64,000 bases of DNA from Monocercomonoides exilis PA203 (taxonomy: Eukaryota; Protista; Preaxostyla), in contig LSRY02000004.1 in assembly GCA_001643675.2 (NCBI GenBank), forward strand, positions 868,001-932,000, read 5' to 3'. Each line of letters opens with the position of its first letter. Position 1 is the first letter of the stretch. Shown here in pieces: positions 60,600-64,000 of the stretch. A model generated the notes under the pieces. It made no database searches, was not told the origin of the DNA, and saw only the letters and a list, made by a program, of their open reading frames with translations. The position numbers and the translations under genes are program-made.

Positions 60600-62450
60600 A
60601 TAATTTTTAAAATTCTATAAATATTTTTTGATTTCAATTATTATTTGGTGTGAAATTCAACCATTCAAGCAAAATCACAATTTTTTCCTATCTTTTTCCT
60701 CCATAAAATAAAAATGAGTCTTGCATTCTCGTGCTAAAATAAAACCATGACATAAAGAATTGCAAAAAATATTTGGAAACATTGTGCGGAAAAATTCTGC
60801 AAAGAAAATTATTTTTTCCCATTTAAGACAGAATTCTTTCATAAATGAAGCATTCAATGATTTGTTCCAGACTTTTTTTTTCAATCGTTTATTCTCAAAA
60901 CTGACATTACAGTGCTATTTTAAATATAGAAATATCAAAAAGTTGAGAAAAATCTTTGAAAGAACCGTGTGGAACAAAATTCATAATGCAAAAAATTTCA
61001 TCCCATTTTGGAATGAGCCCCATAATAGCATCGTTTTTCCTGCCTTTTTTCTTTTCCATTTTCCGGAGTTTTTTTAATTTGTTGAGGGATATTTCAAGAC
61101 GAGTTAGGCATAAAAAATTATTTACCACACATATTTGTGGAATTGAAAGGGCATTGTCAGTTTGTTCCAGTTATTTTTGCAAACAGAAAATGACTTGTTT
61201 TGAAGGCAGATGTTGCAAATCTGGCTTTATGCATTTTCATTCCTGCTTGATAATTTGTAATTTTGCAGAATCTCCACTTTTATTCTAAAACCTTATGATA
61301 TCAATGATTGAATGGCATCCTTCCAAAAAATGATTCATTCAACGCCATTCCAAGTGATGCCAGAGCAAAATAATCATATTTCACATAAATGTTTGTTTTT
61401 ATTTGAATTTCTTTTTGACCAATTTCATTTGTTTCAGAAAGGCTATATTCATCTGAAAATGCAAAAAAAACAAAATGATTTTAATGCAAGACTTGGAATG
61501 TGAAGTGAAGACGATCTCCACAGCTTCAACACGGAAGTACCAAAGGAATTGGATGTTTGATGTTTTCTTTTTTTAAATCTATTTTTTGATATTTGTTTTT
61601 TGGGACATCTTGTTCAATCATCGGAAAAATGGATTTCTTTAGTTGTTGATCACAGAGAGATTTCAAATCCTTCTCCGTTAGTGCAAAGCTCTAAATCATA
61701 TAACATTGCATCGGGGGAAATGGGAATATGAAAAAAATTTCCACTTGGAAAGAGCAATTAATATGGTTGAACAATCTCCAAATCTCCTCTTATTCATCAA
61801 AAAAGAAATTTTCAATGATTTTCAAAGGCAGGAAAATACTGAATCGAGACATTTTGTAGGAACAGGAAAATATCTGAAAAAGGCAAAATTTCATTGGAAT
61901 ACTGGTTAAGAATATTCTGAAGTGTGATTGATTCTAAATTAAGCTGGCAAATTGAAATGTTTGAAAAGTACAAAAATTGATGGAAAATATTAATTGCAAT
62001 AAAGAAAAAGAAGATTACAAAAATAAGTTGATATGAAATAAGAGAGAGAAAAACGAGGATCATATGAATAAATGAACAAAGAAAAATCAAAAAAGAGAAA
62101 GAATAGAGGATATTGAATCAAAAATCAATTTCTTTCTGAAAAAATGGATAAAAGAAATTCCGCTGAAAAGAATTGCAGGAAAATATAGTTTTGAAGACTT
62201 AGCAAAGGATTGATTCAATATTTTTGAATGAGACAAAAGCAATTATATACAGCTTAAGAACGGCTGGATTTATTTCAAGGTGTATCAATTTTTCTAATTT
62301 TCATTTTTTTTAATTTCCATATTTTTACTGCAGGAGACAATGAATTTAGGTGAAGAAAACAAGGAAATTCTGGGTAAAATGAAACACTTTCATGAAGATG
62401 CACAAAGATGAAAAAGGAGCTGAATGATTAAGGAATTTCATTCAAACGGA
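60600..62450 (+). pseudogene. Possible decayed intron-containing gene, perhaps a Mutator-like transposase
   Basis: Coding-like blocks alternate with GTTTG/GTTTT..AG intron-like blocks. Fragments such as FERTVWNKIHNAKNFIPFWNEPHNSI / GYFK loosely recall the MULE W..F...NN..E motif. Many stops. Confidence 0.25.
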
Positions 62451-62687
62451 ATAAGCGAGGAAAGTTTAATTTCAAAAATGTTGAAGAAAAAAGAGGAAAT
62501 CTATTAAAGATGGCAGTTTTTTGGAATAAATATAAAAATTGAATGAATAAGAAAAATGGAAATAAAAGCAGAGAATTGGATTTTGAAAATGGAAGTGGAG
62601 AAGGAAATGATAATTTTTGTTGTTTGGTTTGATAATGGGATATTAACTGAAATATGGGCTCATTAACCCATAATCTTCATTGAAACA

Positions 62688-64000
62688 ATGATTCTTTTAG
62701 TTTTTCTTGTGTATTTATTCTCAGTTGTAAGTAGCAAAGAAAGAAATGACAAGCTGAAGAATGAGCATGATGTTTTCCATGCTCCTGAAATGGAGAAGAG
62801 TGGAATTTTGGAGAGGGGAAGTGTTGTTCAAATGTTCTGCGAAATTCACAACTCATCAGCTGAATTAAGGGCGATGTTGCTTGAAAAGCCAGATAATTGT
62901 GTGATGATTGAAATCAGAGCAGGATCATTGCTGCGGGTTGAGGGGAGTGTGTTAGCGAGAAAAAACGAGTGGAATGGTCATTATGTGAGAAATGGAGGGA
63001 CATGCTGGCTGATAAACACGTCTTTGGGAATTGAGAATGGTCAGGAATGTGGAAAGATGGGGAGCATGGTGGAGATGGAAGAGGGTGACTTGTCTTCGTT
63101 ATTTGTGAGAAATTGTGAGTTTGAGGATGTTGTGTTTTGTGGGAGCGGATGCAGTTTTCTTAGAGATGGCTCAGGAAGTTTTGAAGGAATCAAAAACTGT
63201 GTATTTGCGAATATCTCAAAGAAATTCATGGAAACGGATAAAATGCCGATTGAAAAAGTGTCGATGATGAAAATGGGTTCAATGGAAGATTGCCAAATTG
63301 AAAGATCGATGAATGTGCTGGAGGGAGAGATTGTGAGTGGAACAGAAGGATCTGGCTCTTTTTTATGCAACAATTGCACATTCCATTACAACGAAAGGGT
63401 GGATAGGAGAGTGAGAAATACAGAAAGAAATTCAACAACTCAAACACAGATATATAAGAATGCTGAATGGATTGGATGCAATGCTTCATGTGGTGGAGCA
63501 CTTTATGTGCATGACAATTCGAGTGCAATGCTGACAGTTGAGAATTCATCTTTTGTGAAATGCAATGCTACATCTACAAGAGGAGGAGGGATATTTGCTT
63601 TGAAAATTGCTGAATGCACCGTGAAGCATTCCACATTTGTTGAGTGTTATTGTGTTGCATCAACAAATTATGGAGGTGCGGGAGTTGAAATCGAAGGAAT
63701 ATCGATCCAAGAAATTGTTGAGAACTGCTCATTCAAAGATGGTTGGTCAGGAAATGATGCTGGAGGGCTTGGAATTTGGAGTTCAAAGACTTTGAAAACA
63801 AAAGATTGTGTTTTGAATTGTTTTTTCCAAAATTGTAGTGTGCATTGTTCAACGAATTCTGATGGTGGAGGTTTTATTAATTGGGATACAATTGACAGAA
63901 TTGCTTTGAGAAACTGCCTTTTTCAAGAGTGCTATTCAAATTGGAGAGGCGGAGCCGTAAGTGTAACCACAAATGGATATGATGGAAATCTTTTGTGGTT
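62688..64000 (+). CDS. Secreted/surface beta-helix protein, 3'-partial (runs off the window)
   Basis: Open frame from ATG 62688 (MILLVFLVYLFSVVSSKER, signal peptide) to the window end. Motifs CGGALYV, LTVENSSFVKC, RGGGIFA, DAGGLGI, DGGGFI, RGGAVSV. Absent from the ORF track, presumably because it has no stop. Confidence 0.85.
   Translation, partial: MILLVFLVYLFSVVSSKERNDKLKNEHDVFHAPEMEKSGILERGSVVQMFCEIHNSSAELRAMLLEKPDNCVMIEIRAGSLLRVEGSVLARKNEWNGHYVRNGGTCWLINTSLGIENGQECGKMGSMVEMEEGDLSSLFVRNCEFEDVVFCGSGCSFLRDGSGSFEGIKNCVFANISKKFMETDKMPIEKVSMMKMGSMEDCQIERSMNVLEGEIVSGTEGSGSFLCNNCTFHYNERVDRRVRNTERNSTTQTQIYKNAEWIGCNASCGGALYVHDNSSAMLTVENSSFVKCNATSTRGGGIFALKIAECTVKHSTFVECYCVASTNYGGAGVEIEGISIQEIVENCSFKDGWSGNDAGGLGIWSSKTLKTKDCVLNCFFQNCSVHCSTNSDGGGFINWDTIDRIALRNCLFQECYSNWRGGAVSVTTNGYDGNLLW

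Noticed and set aside
1-64000. CRISPR array, diversity-generating retroelement, or prokaryotic operon
   Set aside because: No repeat-spacer periodicity, no reverse transcriptase or near-identical template/variable pair, and spliceosomal introns throughout.

Overview
AT-rich eukaryotic DNA with short GT-AG introns and the standard genetic code. Gene families and style point to an oxymonad protist (Monocercomonoides-like; inference). Splicing the exons by hand gives eight protein genes: a tetraspanin-like protein (5'-partial), a ~3,495-aa LRRIQ3-like LRR/IQ protein, a REX1-B protein, an LCAT/phospholipase A2 group XV enzyme, a ~3,020-aa beta-helix surface receptor with a TM helix and pseudokinase tail, a 2,027-aa FHA/coiled-coil protein, a ~5,373-aa low-complexity protein, and the 5' end of a second beta-helix surface protein. 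The most notable structure is invisible to the ORF track: a 4,563-bp DNA transposon (14093-18655) with long inverted termini (outer 47 bp perfect) and an exact 8-bp target-site duplication. It has no recognisable transposase but carries a captured, broken copy of the N-terminal module of the surface-receptor family, i.e. a Pack-type, probably Merlin-like element. A decayed Merlin/IS1595-type transposase lies at ~57.8-58.6 kb. No tRNA, rRNA or CRISPR array was recognised.
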